Origin: Ruditapes philippinarum
Lineage: Eukaryota
Direction: 5' to 3'
Assembly (NCBI RefSeq): GCF_026571515.1
Contig: NW_026859228.1
Location: 248,001 to 312,000, forward strand
Length of the DNA: 64,000 nucleotides
The translations under genes and the position numbers were made by a program. Position 1 is the first letter of the stretch; every line of letters begins with the position of its first letter. Below, one piece after another: positions 1-14,105 of the stretch. Below the pieces are notes generated by a model, which saw only the letters and a list, made by a program, of their open reading frames with translations, made no database searches and was not told where the DNA came from.

Positions 1-1279
1 TTAGTTGCCATGGTGTTTATGGCATATTTTTGTTGTTTGTTGATATTTATCTATGAAAATTTGTGAAAATGTTTAAATTATATGGGTTTATAACATATTA
101 AAATATCAAATTCGTACCTGTTTTATTTAGCTTTTAATCAATATTGTCACAGAATATTGGGACAACCCTCGTATGTAAATATTGGGTGCTTTAGTTTACG
201 TGTTTTCTGATACTGATTAGATTGTGTGTGAAGTTAATATTGTTGGATGAATGTTTGTAGTTTATACTGTATCTTAGAGTTGTAAAAATATTCATTTTTG
301 TGTTCTTCATGTTGTGGTGATTTTATTGTTTTGTTTGATCATAAGTTGTTTAGAGCTTGGGCTCGCTAGGTGTCTAGTATTGTTTCGTATAAAAGACGTA
401 TACGTGAAAAAGGTTTTCGTATAAGTGTTTGTTAAATGACGTGTGTTTGTTTTGGGTGTAAATAATGATCAGAGTTCTTTGTTTTGGGTGTAAATAATAA
501 TCAGAGTTTGTTGTTTAAATGTATATATGGATTTGAGATAGAAAAAGATAAAATACCTAAAAAAATAATGTTAACTAAACAATTACATGCTAGTTTTCCA
601 ACTGAGAATATTTCAATTTTATGTCAGGCGGTGCTGCCCAGCCCCCATATCTTGGAAATTGGTTCTAGTATTTATTGCTAAATCTTTCCATAGATTAGAT
701 AACATCAAGGCAGCCATTCCTCCTGACAATTACTCATATGAAATATCATGCTACTAGGACAACATTCAACAGCTTAAATATGAAATTTCAGCAGATTATA
801 AGTATGGACAAATTTTATTCTCGTTTCGCTTTGTTTTAATGACCTATTAAATGACTATAATTAAACAAAAAAGTGTTGTATTGATATGAAGAAATGATTG
901 ATAAATTATTATAAATAATGGATTATTGTAAATAATGCTATTTTCATGTGTAAATAATGAGTAACATTGACAAACTATAGTATTGTACACTGTGTAAATT
1001 CTGATATTACAGAAAAATGTACAAATAGACAAATAGATGTTTGTCATTTCACATTTACAGAAATAGGATAGATTTATAATTCCTATTCCTGGCATAGTAG
1101 GAAGAATAATATACATAGCTAGTGTTGGACACACTTTACAAGACTAATAGCCATTTAAGTAAAAATACACTGAAATTTTTGTGTTACCAATACACCAACC
1201 AAGTCACTTCAAACTAGCAACGATTCTGCACACTTTGTGTGTTTTCGTGCAAATGTGTCTGACCTACACATTGACTTAC

Positions 1280-1375
1280 TCAATGTACTTTCTTCAGATA
1301 GTAACTAAGGGTCACCAGGGGGTTTTGAAGGACTTCTTGATGCCCGCAATCTCTTTCGAGATTCCTGGTTTGATT
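1280..1375 (-). pseudogene. Copy of the 96-nt exon with an in-frame TAG (cassette of the preceding unit)
   Basis: Homologous to 31144-31239; splice sites retained; CCT TAG in frame. Confidence 0.55.
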
Positions 1376-4199
1376 CTAACAGAAACAATAATGTACCAAA
1401 ATGTTAAAAATAATCAAAGCTAAATAAGATTCTTAATCAATGAAAAATTCTTAAAATATAGTTGACATTCATGTTTCTGAAATTTAATATATAGTTATGT
1501 ATGACATTCTAATACAGAACAGTACATGTACAGTGCTTTTTGTTTCATTACTTTTTAGAAAGTCAAAAAGTCAAATCTGTTTAAAGTTATTTACCTGAAA
1601 AAAAATATTCTTTACATATGAAAATATTTAGTTTCTAGATGTATTACTTTGTATTATTTAAAATAAATCCCCCCAACTAGTAGTAAAACATTTATGTATT
1701 ATGCCAAAACGTAAAGAAAGAAAACACTGCTATGTCTACAGATATCAGAGATTGAGTCAAAAAGTCTTTAACACTGAATAATCACAAATATTTCAAGCAG
1801 CATGCGATATAATGTATGCAACAGGCATCATGCAAATGTTCTGTTTCCAGACAAAGCAGGAGGAAACATTTTAAAGTCCTGTACAATGAACGATTTCATG
1901 GTAGACACAAATGAGGTTGTTCTTTACAAAAACTTAACAACAACAAAAGCAACAAACAAACATAAAACAACAAAAAACGTATCTTTATTGTCAACATTCT
2001 AAAGTAAGATGATAATCTTATATAATTGTGTAAATGAGCAAGTTATCTTCATATAAGTATAGTTCAATTTTTTTTTTTTTGCTTTCTTCTCAGCGGAATT
2101 ATTAAAGTTTCGGAACTTATCCAGTTTGTTCCAAATGAACTTTAGGGGAAACATTTTAGTAACAGATCTTTTAAAAAAAAACTATGATCAGAGGAAACGT
2201 AAATTTGTTTTTTCTATAGAACAAAACAACACATTTGTTTATTATGTAACATTCCTAAATGCATGCTCGTATTATATATTCCATTTTATATGTACAATGT
2301 TGTGTACGATGTTTACAAATATGTGAATATATGTAATAGCTATACTGTCATTTTCCATACATTTCACATGACTTTAAATATCCCAACAATTTCGAAAGTT
2401 GCTCTTGCGAAACTATATATCAAAATTGCTATTCAAACTAAGACTGATCGTTTAACACGTATTTGTTTACAGTTGCTCTTTAAACTGGTCAGATACACAT
2501 ATGATTCAACAAAGAAAAGTTATGAAAACTTATTTGGATACAAATGTTAAATCCATTTTTGAAGTTTATTACTATCTACAGTAGATAAAAGGATTCTGGT
2601 GTGTAACAAAGAAAGTGACTATCTCCCGACACTGTTGAGCAGCTTAAAAGACGTAACATTTCGGACCAGAGACAGCAAATACGTTTTATCCTTAAGCATA
2701 CTGCGATAGAGAACATGAATTGTACGCTAGTTGTTGAATAGAAAAGGAAATATTGAAAACTGATATTTTAAATATCAATGTGAAATGAACTTAAATGATA
2801 GACAGGCATGTTTGGTCATTCAACTTTTTTGTCATCTAAGATTAATATAGTGGAACTATACACATAAAATAAGACCATTCACACGATATGACGTTGTAGC
2901 AACAATAAAAGTCTTCAAACAAATTTTCTATGAAGTTGTATCACTAGAGATTTTGCTGAAATCTTGCGAAAGTTGTTTAATGTCTTAACTCTCAAACATT
3001 TGTAACCGAATCTGATTAGCCTTTGCCACGACTATAGTGCCAGGCCAGCCTATGTGTAGTATTACCAGGATCAACACTGTCGATAGCTCATCTTTTAAGC
3101 CCATAACACTTTAAAAGGACTGTTCCAAATTCAAAGCGAGGGAAATCTACAGTAATTTAGCAGGTAAAGGCCATATTACCTAAAACCTCAATCTATTGAA
3201 CTAAATGCTAAAGTGGTCATCAAACGACTATATCCTATGCCATTTTAAAATTTTAGACCAAATTGTGCTATTGTTACCATGCATAATTTGCGTTCTGAAA
3301 TGTAAGGCTCCTGTACTGACCACAAGAAATCCTCCTATCATTTTAGCTGTAATTCTGAAATTAACTGGTTGGCAAAGTAAGCGACCATCTTGCATGGTAA
3401 TAATATAATCTTAGGTTAACAAAAGACATAATTAATGCATAATTTACAATAACCTTACATGAATAACATTTCATTGACTGGCTATAACTTTATTTCTATG
3501 AATAGATTATCTTCAAATTAAGATACAGCAATATTTAAAACACGATCTTTAAAATAAAACTAGGTTTGATAATGACTCATAAATGATCTTTGTTGGTGCC
3601 TCAAACTAGATGAACTCAAATTTGTTCAATGAAAATAAACATGAATGTATGGAATTGCCTTTTTATTTATTATCTATTTTATGTCAAGAAATTTAAATTT
3701 ATAGTCGACCGTAAATGCTTTGCCTTAAGCGCTCGTCTGCATTCTTTCAATTTTGTTGATTATATTGAAGAAATTTATATCAAAGCGATAAAACTACAAC
3801 ATATTCTTATGTTACTTTACACTAACGTACGTCACGATATATTCCCTTTAATTGCCCCATGCCATTTAGCAACGCAAAATTGGTAAAAGAGAAAATTCTT
3901 TAATTAAAGAACGTCTTTAAAATCTGTACTACTGTCAGAATGACCAAAGGTCAGTTATTACTAGAACACCATTGATTGAATATACATAAGTTTTATTCTA
4001 ACCACTAAAACATATGTTAACATGTTAAAGCATTCTCAGAAAGACAAGTTTACGCTGAGTTAAACCAACGTGACTAGAGAGCATATCATATTACACAATA
4101 CAATATTTATTTTAAATCTGCATGTCTCCAGATAAGCCAAAATATTTATAAAAATTCAAACTTGAAAAAAATGTACTTAAATCTTAAAAAAAGCAAAAA

Positions 4200-7100
4200 G
4201 AGTTCACACTATAGGTTACACAAAGTGCACTACTAATGCACTAGATGTGCACTATTAGTGCACTTTAAAGTGCACCCGATGTGCACTACTAGTGCACTTC
4301 ATAAGTGCACTTTGTAGTGCACATGACCTATTATATGTATTAAGCAGTTACCTTTTATTTCAATGAATAGCAATTTGACTTTTACAAAAAGGTAGATAAA
4401 TATAGATATTTGTATAATAGTTTTTCATAATAAATTTGAAGTTGTGAATATTGTGTTTTGTTAAATATGACGAAAAATGTTAAAACAATAATTTTTCAAA
4501 ATCATTAATTTTACTGATTTTGTACTTTAAAACTCAATTGTTAGAATAAGTAAATATAAAAAATTATAACTTTAATCTTGATAAGTGCATAAATAAACAA
4601 AATTAATTGATATTTAATATGATTCTATTTCATTATAATCTAGTAATGAAATTTGAAACATTGAAATGCTAATTAAACAAAATTCAGTCAGGTTTTTTTT
4701 CAGTTTTTTATTTATTTATTTTTGAAATTATACAAATTAGTTATTTTTTATCTTAACTTATGGTTGTTTAAGTTAAAGGTTATGAGTTTAAGCATTAATA
4801 GCATTTAATACATTAAAGAATTAATATGTTTATAATTGGCCTAAATTTTGTCAATTTTGTCTCATTTATAATCTCTCTTACCTTCTCAAACTAAGATATA
4901 TCTAAGATTAATATAAATGATATATATTATTCTATATATAATGGTGGTGTGTATGAAATGTGGATTAAGTATTGATATGTGTGGATTAAGTATTGATATG
5001 TACCTGTGGGACACTAGTATACTTAAACTGGCATGTATATTAACAAAAAGATTAGAAAATCTTTCAATTCCATTGTTTGAGATGTCACCAATCTTTTTTC
5101 TTTTTTTATGCATTGTTACATAATTATACAATATGATATTTTTTTATGAGTTTATTATAAAATGCAAAAATATTTCAGTTTTTTTTTTCTTTTTGTACTA
5201 CTTGTAATGAAATTATTGCACCATCATCCAAAGAATACAGAATTTACATTGCCTACTTATATATATCATCTGCCTTAATTTTGTTATTTACCCTGAGGGG
5301 CTCTCTTTCCAACAGGATACTATATTAAAACACCAATACACAGCATGACTTTCGACACTTGTTCTCATGTATGATATGATATTTTATATAAAAAAACAAA
5401 TCTGCATTGAAGTGAAAAGGAAGTTGCAAGAGTTTTATAATCATGTATTTAAATATTTTCTTTAAAATATATTATCTTCTAAATGTGTTAAAACTGACAA
5501 GGCAAATTTGTCAAATCTATAATAGAAATAATTTACATTTCCCAGTTCAGAAACTAAAAGATGCTGCAAATTTTAATGCAGAATGGCGAGTAATGTGGAT
5601 AAATATTGATATCAGGTCTTCCTAGAATAGTTAACACTGATATTGATTTTAAACCATTTTTTATGATAAGATTAGAAAATTCCACTTCAAAGACAATAAT
5701 GACAATAATATCTATCATGCGTCTATGCCATAATGATTATTTTTTACATTTGATTATACAAAAATTACAGTCATTTATCTATGTCTAACATGTATTTTGG
5801 GGAAAAACTGGAAATTTTCAATAAATATTGCATACATCTGCATTTTTGTTATTTACCCTGAGGCCCTCTTATCTGCAGGAGACCAGTATAATGAAAACAG
5901 TCGCTCTCAGAAAAATACAAATACACAACATAATATCACAGTGTATGGATTGTTTTAAATCAATGAAAATCTCTTTCAATCTTGAACATGAGGAATTGCC
6001 TCTTTAGTTATATATTATTATGTAGAATGGCAAGAAATGTGGATAAATGGATAAATAAAGAAAATTCCGCTTGAGAGACAATAATATCTAATATGCATTT
6101 ATGCCATTATGATTATTTTTTGTATATTTGATTATACAAAAATTATGGTCATTTATCTATATGACTAACTAGCTTGAGTTCCAACGCCTAATGAATCCCG
6201 GGCTTATGTTTCACATGCATTTTGAGAAAACCAGGGAATTTCAATGCATACTTATAATCTGCAAAATTGACTGTTCTTTGTTATTTACCCTGAGGCCCTC
6301 TTATCAGCAGGAGAGTGGTATAATGAAAACAGTCCCTCTCAGAAAATACCAATACACAGCATGACTTGAGATTTTCCTCTTCAATAAAAGTATTCCCTTT
6401 ATACATTAAATTTTTAATATTGAAATCATGAATAAAGTTATCAAATTTATTTATTTTATGGATAATATTTTAATTATTTATATCTTTAAAACATATGCAA
6501 GCATTACACAGTTGAATACTAAATTATCACAGTATATTGATTGTTTTAAAATTAATGTATTAATATTCTCTTTCAATATTGAACATGAGGAATTGTCTCT
6601 AAGTTATTATTATAAAAAATAATATTTTAGCTTAAATATAAACCCTTTTTCTTGATTACTGATTGTTTGAGCTTATGAAAAAAAGTTTATGTTGTTACAA
6701 ACTTAATTATTTGGGCCAGAATTATCACATTGATTTTCCCATTTGTACACTAAAAAATTGAAATACATGGCCATTAAAAATAAAAGCATTAAAAATACTT
6801 ATTTAATTATCCATTACGGAGCATATTTAAATTTTACTTTATTAATTATATACATTTGATTTTAAGGGGTATTTTTTTACACTTACAGTTAAATGCTGGT
6901 TAGTAAAAATATGATAACAATAAATAAAAACAAATTTATTTTAAGCTTTAACATGATCACCTAAAATGTTAAAACTGCTGATTTTAACATTAACTTACTC
7001 ATATTCATGAATAGGGCATTCCCAAAGTTTTTTTTCTTACAGCAGCTAAACAATGGATGTCCCCTGTCACTTGATATGCAATAATCCAATAAACCATTTA

Positions 7101-7225
7101 GGTGTCACCTTCCCTGACCAGCCTGGTCATATGGTCTAGTGCACTAGAAGTGCACACGGTGTGCACTTCTAGTTCAGCTCTAGTGCACTAGAAGTGCACA
7201 AGGATGGGAGGTATAGTGTGAACTC
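4200..7225. mobile_element. About 3-kb non-autonomous DNA transposon with 14-bp perfect TIRs
   Basis: GAGTTCACACTATA (4200-4213) and TATAGTGTGAACTC (7212-7225); subterminal clusters of GTGCAC palindromes; three internal direct repeats (ttgttatttaccctgagg at about 5281, 5846, 6278); absent from the paralogous site at about 44430. Confidence 0.8.
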
Positions 7226-7550
7226 AACTGTAAAAGTATAAATTTCCATGTTATGTGAGTTAAATTACTGTTTTTGCAGTATTTTTCACCATATTTTTAC
7301 TGCGTTACTAACTCAGTAAAGGATATTTTTTGAACATTTTTTGTTTGAAATGTGTAACTTATTTTTTTTGTTCACTTCCCAATATTTTACATGTTAATAC
7401 ATTTTCAAAGTTTTCGTGAAAATTAGCATGACTATGTAGGCGTGCTGCTTTAAAATAAGATAGATAATGCAACGCAAAGAGTGTTTTGCAAAGAGTGCAT
7501 TCCCCTGTTAAGTTTATTTGAACTTCCGCTTGCAAAGTCCAATATTAGCC

Positions 7551-7689
7551 TAGTCAAAATATATTGACGTGCCAAAGCTTGATTCTGAGATATTTTCGTT
7601 CTGGGACAGACTCTCGCTTTAGAGGCGAGATATTGCCCAGACACGAAAATAGCACAATATATTGTCGCGCAGTACAATTAGTTGGACTA
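7551..7689. mobile_element. 139-bp hairpin MITE with 10-bp TSD aatattagcc
   Basis: TSD at 7541-7550 and 7690-7699; termini TAGTC and GACTA; internal imperfect palindrome; empty site at about 44771. Confidence 0.8.
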
Positions 7690-8489
7690 AATATTAGCCT
7701 AATTATTACAAGGTAAGAAATATAAGAATATATATGTTATAGCAAATTAAATTTCATAAGTATGCTAACAAAAATAATTTAAGTACATGTTATTGTCGTC
7801 ATAAGGATAAAAAGGTATAATTTGCTTCATTTTTATATTTTTTTTTCTGAAATCATAAAGCATGTCGAAGTTAACATCGAAGCAAATTAACAACGTGCGA
7901 AATTTTGCTAATTGTGATAAATGTTTGTTAATTTGCTAAAGAAGTATTAAACAAGTCACGTGACAATAATATTTTACTTTACACTGATATAAACTCCTAT
8001 GCATTGGTCTCCCTTTGCTTCGCTATAGAGCGTAGCCAGTAAAAAATCACTGTGAGGAGTTTGACAATGATAATTTTATGTTGCAACTAAAACATTTGCC
8101 AATCGGAAAACAAAATATAAGATTTTTAACTTTTTTTATTCTTTGTTTATGAAATTAACAAAACTCATGGTATTTTTGTTTGAGGGATAGTTAAAAGATA
8201 CTATACCTTTTATTTAAACATAAAAGAACCGTACAAAATTAAACTATAGATTTGACATGTTAAGTACTCTTCACCAGTATTTTCCCTTTACCTCCAAACA
8301 ATTGGTTAAGAGATTAAATCTCTTTGGCATCTTATGTCAGTTCTTTTAATGATGGTATTACATGCAATTAGTTAAATATTGACGGAAAGTGAATTCTTAT
8401 TTGAAAATAATATATAGCACCCTCCACAAATTGCTCTTTCTTTTTATTTGATAAAAATTCAATCAAAATGATACTCTGCACATCGGTCG

Positions 8490-11170
8490 ATTGCTTAACT
8501 ACCGTTCAAGTTCTTTGAAGTAACGGTAGTATATATAAGCACGTTATCGGCGTGGTACTAAGACCTTTCACCAAGGGCTTACCTCCCAGGACCTTCTAAT
8601 TACTACACAAATATACTTCAACTGATTCATTATACATGTCAATACAAAATCAAACAACTCTTACACAAAAGATTTATGATACAATTAAGAACTGATCCTT
8701 CAGATTCGATAAATTCAGACAAATACTAGTAGAAGGGGAAACAACTTAGCCCGCTACCCGGAACTTACAATTGAATTAATGAATTAATTAATGAATTTAA
8801 AAACGAAGAAAGTGTTAGCCAATCATCACATATAAAATGGCAAAGTAACAAAAGTCATGAGTTAATATCAATTTAGACATATTTTGATATAAAATGAATC
8901 AAAATATTATAATTATACAGGTCTCGACACTAACTTTTTCAGCAGGTGGTATGCCGGACCACTGGATCCAAAATTCAGGTGGTCCTTTCTGAACACAGGT
9001 GGTCCATCTTTTTTTTTACTCATTTGTTTTTAAGGAAACTTCAGATTTAGAAAAACTACACTTAAAATTGGTAACAGAGACATACTTATTATTAGATTTA
9101 TAACAACTGAAGAAAACATGTATTTTTTCTATTTCAATCTTACGATCGTAGATCAGATAGTAAGTCATTGTAATCCTATTTAGTATTTATTATCTCATTG
9201 AAAAATACATGACAATACTCATACTTCGGTTAAGTGACTTCCATTTGTGAATGACTTATTTCCTTACTGTTATTCAAATACTCATTGCTGTTTCCTGGTA
9301 CATCTTATAAGAAAAATAATTGCTTTTTATAGATTAACATTTTTAATTAAACTATTAAGTTATTATAATCTTGTCTTTGAAACAATGAAATATTAATGAT
9401 AAACAGAAACATTCCTACATTATAATTGAGCTTATCTTCCTCACAGATTTATTATACATGCTTGTTTGTTGAAATTTATTTATTTCTGACAAAGTATTTA
9501 TAACCTTTTAAAGTACTTTAAATAAGACAAAAATGGATCTCTGATCGTTCAAAAAAGTAGCCAAAGATTACTTGATATTTAATTTTTCCTTTGCCTTTGT
9601 TTGCATCATTATTCATGTGTTTATCCGATATCCCATAGTGATACAATGTTATAAATTCAATGCAGTACTAGAGACATTTGAATGAATTTTATACTTTAAT
9701 TATTAAAATAATTTTCTACTTTTTTTAACTACACTGTAATAAAAAGTTATGGATGTCCTAAGATCTTTTGAACTAATGAGATGAATGAACATATACCTGT
9801 ACATCGGAGAAATGGTTTTAAACAACAATTATAGAACACGTTTTTCGACCAAATAACCATTCTCCCAGGTAAGCCCTGCACCATTTGAAAAATTCAAGTG
9901 GTCTAACAGACCAGTTGTCTGTAAAATTAGGTGGTCCTTGCCAAAATCAGGTGGTCACGGACCAATGGACCACCGCTTATGACGAGGCCTGATTATATAT
10001 ACAGCATATTTTGAATATGTTATCTTAAAACATCAGTGCTATATTTCAGTTTTCTTATGAAGTAAACTTAAAGCAACTTTTTGCAACATCTTAAGCATTC
10101 TTATTAGGTCATAATTACTAGATAAAGGAATAAATTGGACATTTCTTGGAATTATCTTTTACATGTATAAACACATTAAATTTATCTTTATGACCTTGAA
10201 CACTTTTTAATGTCACAAGGTAACAAAGGAATTGAGGTAAAAGCAAACAGTAATGAAACACTTTTTATTTAAAATTCTAATCCTATTGTACGCAGCCGGT
10301 ACCGTTATAATAGCAGAGTATACAAATTCTCTTAAAAAGCACTAAACGATTACAATTACTATTGTAAGGATAAAAGCTAGAAAAAATACAGAAAAAACTA
10401 TATTTGGCACACAAAAAATACTTCAATATTCTATTTTCATTTGAAATACATACTTCTTAAGAACAATTACCAGAACTAGGAAAATACCTTACTCTTTATA
10501 CTATATGGCAAGCTAGGTGTTACCTTAACGAAATAACAAACAAATCAAGAATGATATCCTTCTCGAACGAACTTGTAACCTAGAAAAAATACGAAATTAT
10601 CATTACTCTGTTACGAAGCTATGCTTTATTCAAATAACTTTAAATTTAATCAAATTTTTCAACTCAAGACTTCTTGTTTTTAATGAGAAATTCCGACTAA
10701 ATGGGGCTCTCAATGGGGAAAACAGATTTTATTATTTACGTTAATATTATGGAAAGTTCCTTTTAACTTGTTTTTAGCATAAAATAAAAAAAAATTGTTT
10801 GTTTGTTGTGTAAGATGTAATTTTATTTCATCTCATTAAATATCCTCTATAAAATTTTGGACATCAAACCATAAATTACCAGTTGAATCTAGCGGATGAA
10901 AAATCAGACGCATTGAATACAGTGAAAGAAAATGTTTAAAATGTCACTCCGATATAGGAGATGAGTTTCATATCCTTCTTCAATGTAAATATTAAAAGCA
11001 TATATAAATATAAAAAAAATATCTAAAACTATTCCATTATGAAAGACCAAATATATTCAAATTATTTGAGCTAATAAACACCGTCGATGAGACAAAATCT
11101 TCTATGACTTTATAATCTAATATCAGTTATCATTAAATTAACTTGAGATTAAGATAATAGTAAATTTAAT
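8490..11170 (+). mobile_element. Internally deleted copy of the same LINE insertion upstream of copy 1
   Basis: 8560-8770 matches 45815-46030; 8790-8900 matches 46760-46870; 10180-11160 matches parts of 47680-48630. Confidence 0.75.
8918..9991. mobile_element. hAT-like non-autonomous element (about 1.07 kb) nested in a LINE remnant
   Basis: Imperfect TIR CAGGTCTCGACA and TGACGAGGCCTG; subterminal GGTGGTC/GGACCA repeats at both ends; flanked by attata; no clean 8-bp TSD. Confidence 0.7.
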
Positions 11171-12373
11171 AAACCATTGTCAATTGTCATTACTAAAGTA
11201 ATATTGCATTGAATATTTGTTTAGATAATAGATATATTTTATCGCGCCTTTCCATAACTTTACCGTGGAGTGTGCCCGTGAACAAGACATCCTATTGGTG
11301 TGATGATAAGATAGTCAATATCAAAAGTTACAATATAATTTTAAAATCTAAAGTTTATGAATATTTATAGATTCTAGAATAAACCTGTAAAAACAATGAA
11401 TTCTACAATTAATATGTACGGCTGTACGGCAGAAATTGAGTAAACTGATTATGTGTTAAACGTAAAGTATGTATTTATTTACGGTGCATACACCGTGTCT
11501 TTCCATATATGGTAATTCCTCGTGTTTTTAATGGTTATAGTTTTGGCGGTAATTATGCACGATTTTACGTGTAAGTTGATAAAATATAGTCATTCGAGGC
11601 ATTACGTTCACGCCGTCCATTTGTGAAATTTCTTTAAATATAATTTTCATATATTACGAAATATCATGAATAAATTTATGTATTTAACATTGCCTTAAAC
11701 AGATTTTTGATATCTTGTTTTATCTATTTCAGGGAAAATATCAATGTCATGTTTTGATTTAATCTGAACTTAATGCATTTCATATAATTAATGGTTTTTT
11801 ATTAGACTCAAAATTGGGGATTTGTCAGATAGGCGATTGAAGCAGCCGCTGATCTAGAGCTTTGGAGCTTCCTACCTCCCCCTCCCAAGACGGAGTAGGG
11901 TTGGGTAGCCCGCTCGCAGCATTTCTGACTTTGGCTTTTTCCAATTATATTATATTTGTTAATTCTACCTGCGATTGATTAAAAATAGTATTTCTTAGAA
12001 ATCGAATTTCATTAGGTTTGTTTGGTTGGATCGGAGAGCAGAGCACGAAAATTTTAGAAGTACACTTGCAGGTTTTCTTCAAGTATTGATCAATGGAGTT
12101 GTTTCTTTTGTTTCCTGTAAATCTTTTGACAAATAAACGGGACGGCTTAACGGCATGCCCTCTAACCTTGTTTTATGTTATGTTTTTCTTTAAAGCTGCT
12201 TGAATGCAGGTGTATGTTGGAGGATAATAAATCATTTATGCTCGTTTGAGAGCATCGAATAAGAGCATAAAATAGGTTATTCTCATACAATGTATATAAG
12301 ATTACAATTTATGTGATTTTGAAACAAATATCAATATAAATAAATACTTTTTATGTAATATTTTAAGGCTGGT

Positions 12374-14105
12374 ATGGAGGTCCCTTGGAAATTAGATCTA
12401 GGAGCTGTAAGTGCCGAAGACTCGACATTAGTATGCCTCCCGTGTGATATTGATGGTTTGAAGGAACCTGCTTATGGCTTCTGCCAGGACTGCCAAGAGC
12501 ACTTATGTGAAACATGCTTCAAACACCATAGACGGCCACGCCAAATGAGAAATCATGTCCTTGTTGAAAAAGAATACATGCCAAAGACCCAGGTAAATGC
12601 ACCTACAACATCTGAAGATATGGAAGATTTTTGGACGAAACACCAAGACAAACCACTAGAATTCTATTGTAGGGATCACACATCTGTGGCTTGTTATGTG
12701 TGCGTTACATTAGAACATAAACAGTGTAACGTGGACTATATTCCTGATGTTTCTGGAAACCTGTCTGATGAGATGGCTGATATATTAGAACAAATGGAAT
12801 CGTTGATAACGAAATGTAAATCAAACATAGAATATGCTTGCAAAGCTGCGCAACATCTAGACCAAAGTCATGCAAAAGTTGTTGAAGATATCAAAGTCTT
12901 CAGGAAAGAGATAAATAAATGTTTGGACAGAATGGAAACCAGAATATTAAATGAAGCTGACACAATTGTAAAAGAAGCAAAATGTAAACAGGAACTCATA
13001 TTAAATGCTTGTTTAGAGATAACGGAAGAACTTGAATGTTCACATGCGTTGTTAAGGTCATTTAAAGAAGAGATCAAGCAAACTAAGCGTTTTATTAAGA
13101 TTAAAAACATTAGAAAAAGTCTGCCAATATTGACAGATAAGGAAAAGACTGTATTGCATGCAAATACAGCGAACGATTGTGTTCAATTTACCCGCAACGC
13201 AAGCATTATAGATTTTCTGAAGACTGAGAATAACTATGGAACATTGTCAACATTTGTGCAACCATACCCAGAAAGAGCAATAGATTTACAATATATAGAT
13301 ACAATAGACATGAAACAGACATCAGACAAAGAAAAATGTAACATTACCGGTATGGTTTTGATTGCTCCTACAAAAATGGTTGTTGCTGATAACAGTAACA
13401 AAAAATATAAAACTGATCGACGTTCAGAAAAATGTAATTGTAACTGTGGTAGAGATGTCTTCACGTCCGTTGGATATTATAACTCTTCCAGAAAAAAAGC
13501 TTGCTTTAACTTTGTATGGTGAAACAATTGTTCAGATATGGTCTTATTCTGATGCAAAACTTTCATTAGATCAGTGTATAGATGTAAGAGAATCGTGCAA
13601 TGGTGTTGCTTATAGCCAGGATAAATTGGTTGTCTCTTGCAAAAAATCAAAGAAAATAATCATTTTGAATTTTCAAGGAGAAATTCTCGAAGTTCTTGGT
13701 TCTCCTACTTTATTCTATGGGCCTGTCAGAATTTTCATCAGAAGGGATGAAACGTTTATATATGTATCGGATGGGGTTTGGAGACAAAATAGCAAGGTTT
13801 TGAAAATTGATTGGAAAGGAAATGTCAAAACCATTTTTGAAGACCCAAGATATAATATTCCTTACGGTCAACAACAATTAGAAGATGAGACTATACTGGT
13901 ATGTTACAAAGACAGTAACACTATTCTGAGACTGTCAAGCAGCTTAAAGAGATGTGATATTATTGGACTAGAGAAAGCAAATATTTATTTTCCAACAGCT
14001 TTAACATACTGTGACAGAGAACAAAAACTGTATGTTAGTTGTTCATCCGATATAGGGTCACCGCAGGCTGATACTGTTAAAGTATTCCATGTAAAGTGGA
14101 TATAA
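12374..14105 (+). pseudogene. TRIM-like gene copy 1 (subtype A), frameshifted
   Basis: ORFs 12374-13522 and 13362-14105 join into the full paralog if one extra A is removed from the A-run near 13400-13405. The first Cys of B-box2 is Trp (FWTKH; the other copies have FC or YC). The frameshift could be a homopolymer error. Confidence 0.85.

Noticed and set aside
1-520. T/G-skewed start of the window with a short direct duplication at about 450-515
   Set aside because: No termini, ORF or paralog in the window; it cannot be interpreted without upstream sequence.
1802-2550. Recurrent short ORFs (CNRHHANVLFPDKAGG..., MLVLYI...) at 1802, 31660, 42422 and at 2263, 42875
   Set aside because: Frames and lengths vary between copies and there is no domain signal. 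A - strand terminal exon reading (..FPPALSGNRTF.*) was considered, but no consistent acceptor or phase could be fixed.
12868-13464. Antisense ORFs overlapping the TRIM CDSs (also 24248-24898, 34198-34506, 49526-49735, 58476-58685)
   Set aside because: Shadow ORFs of the coding strand; their recurrence reflects the duplication only.
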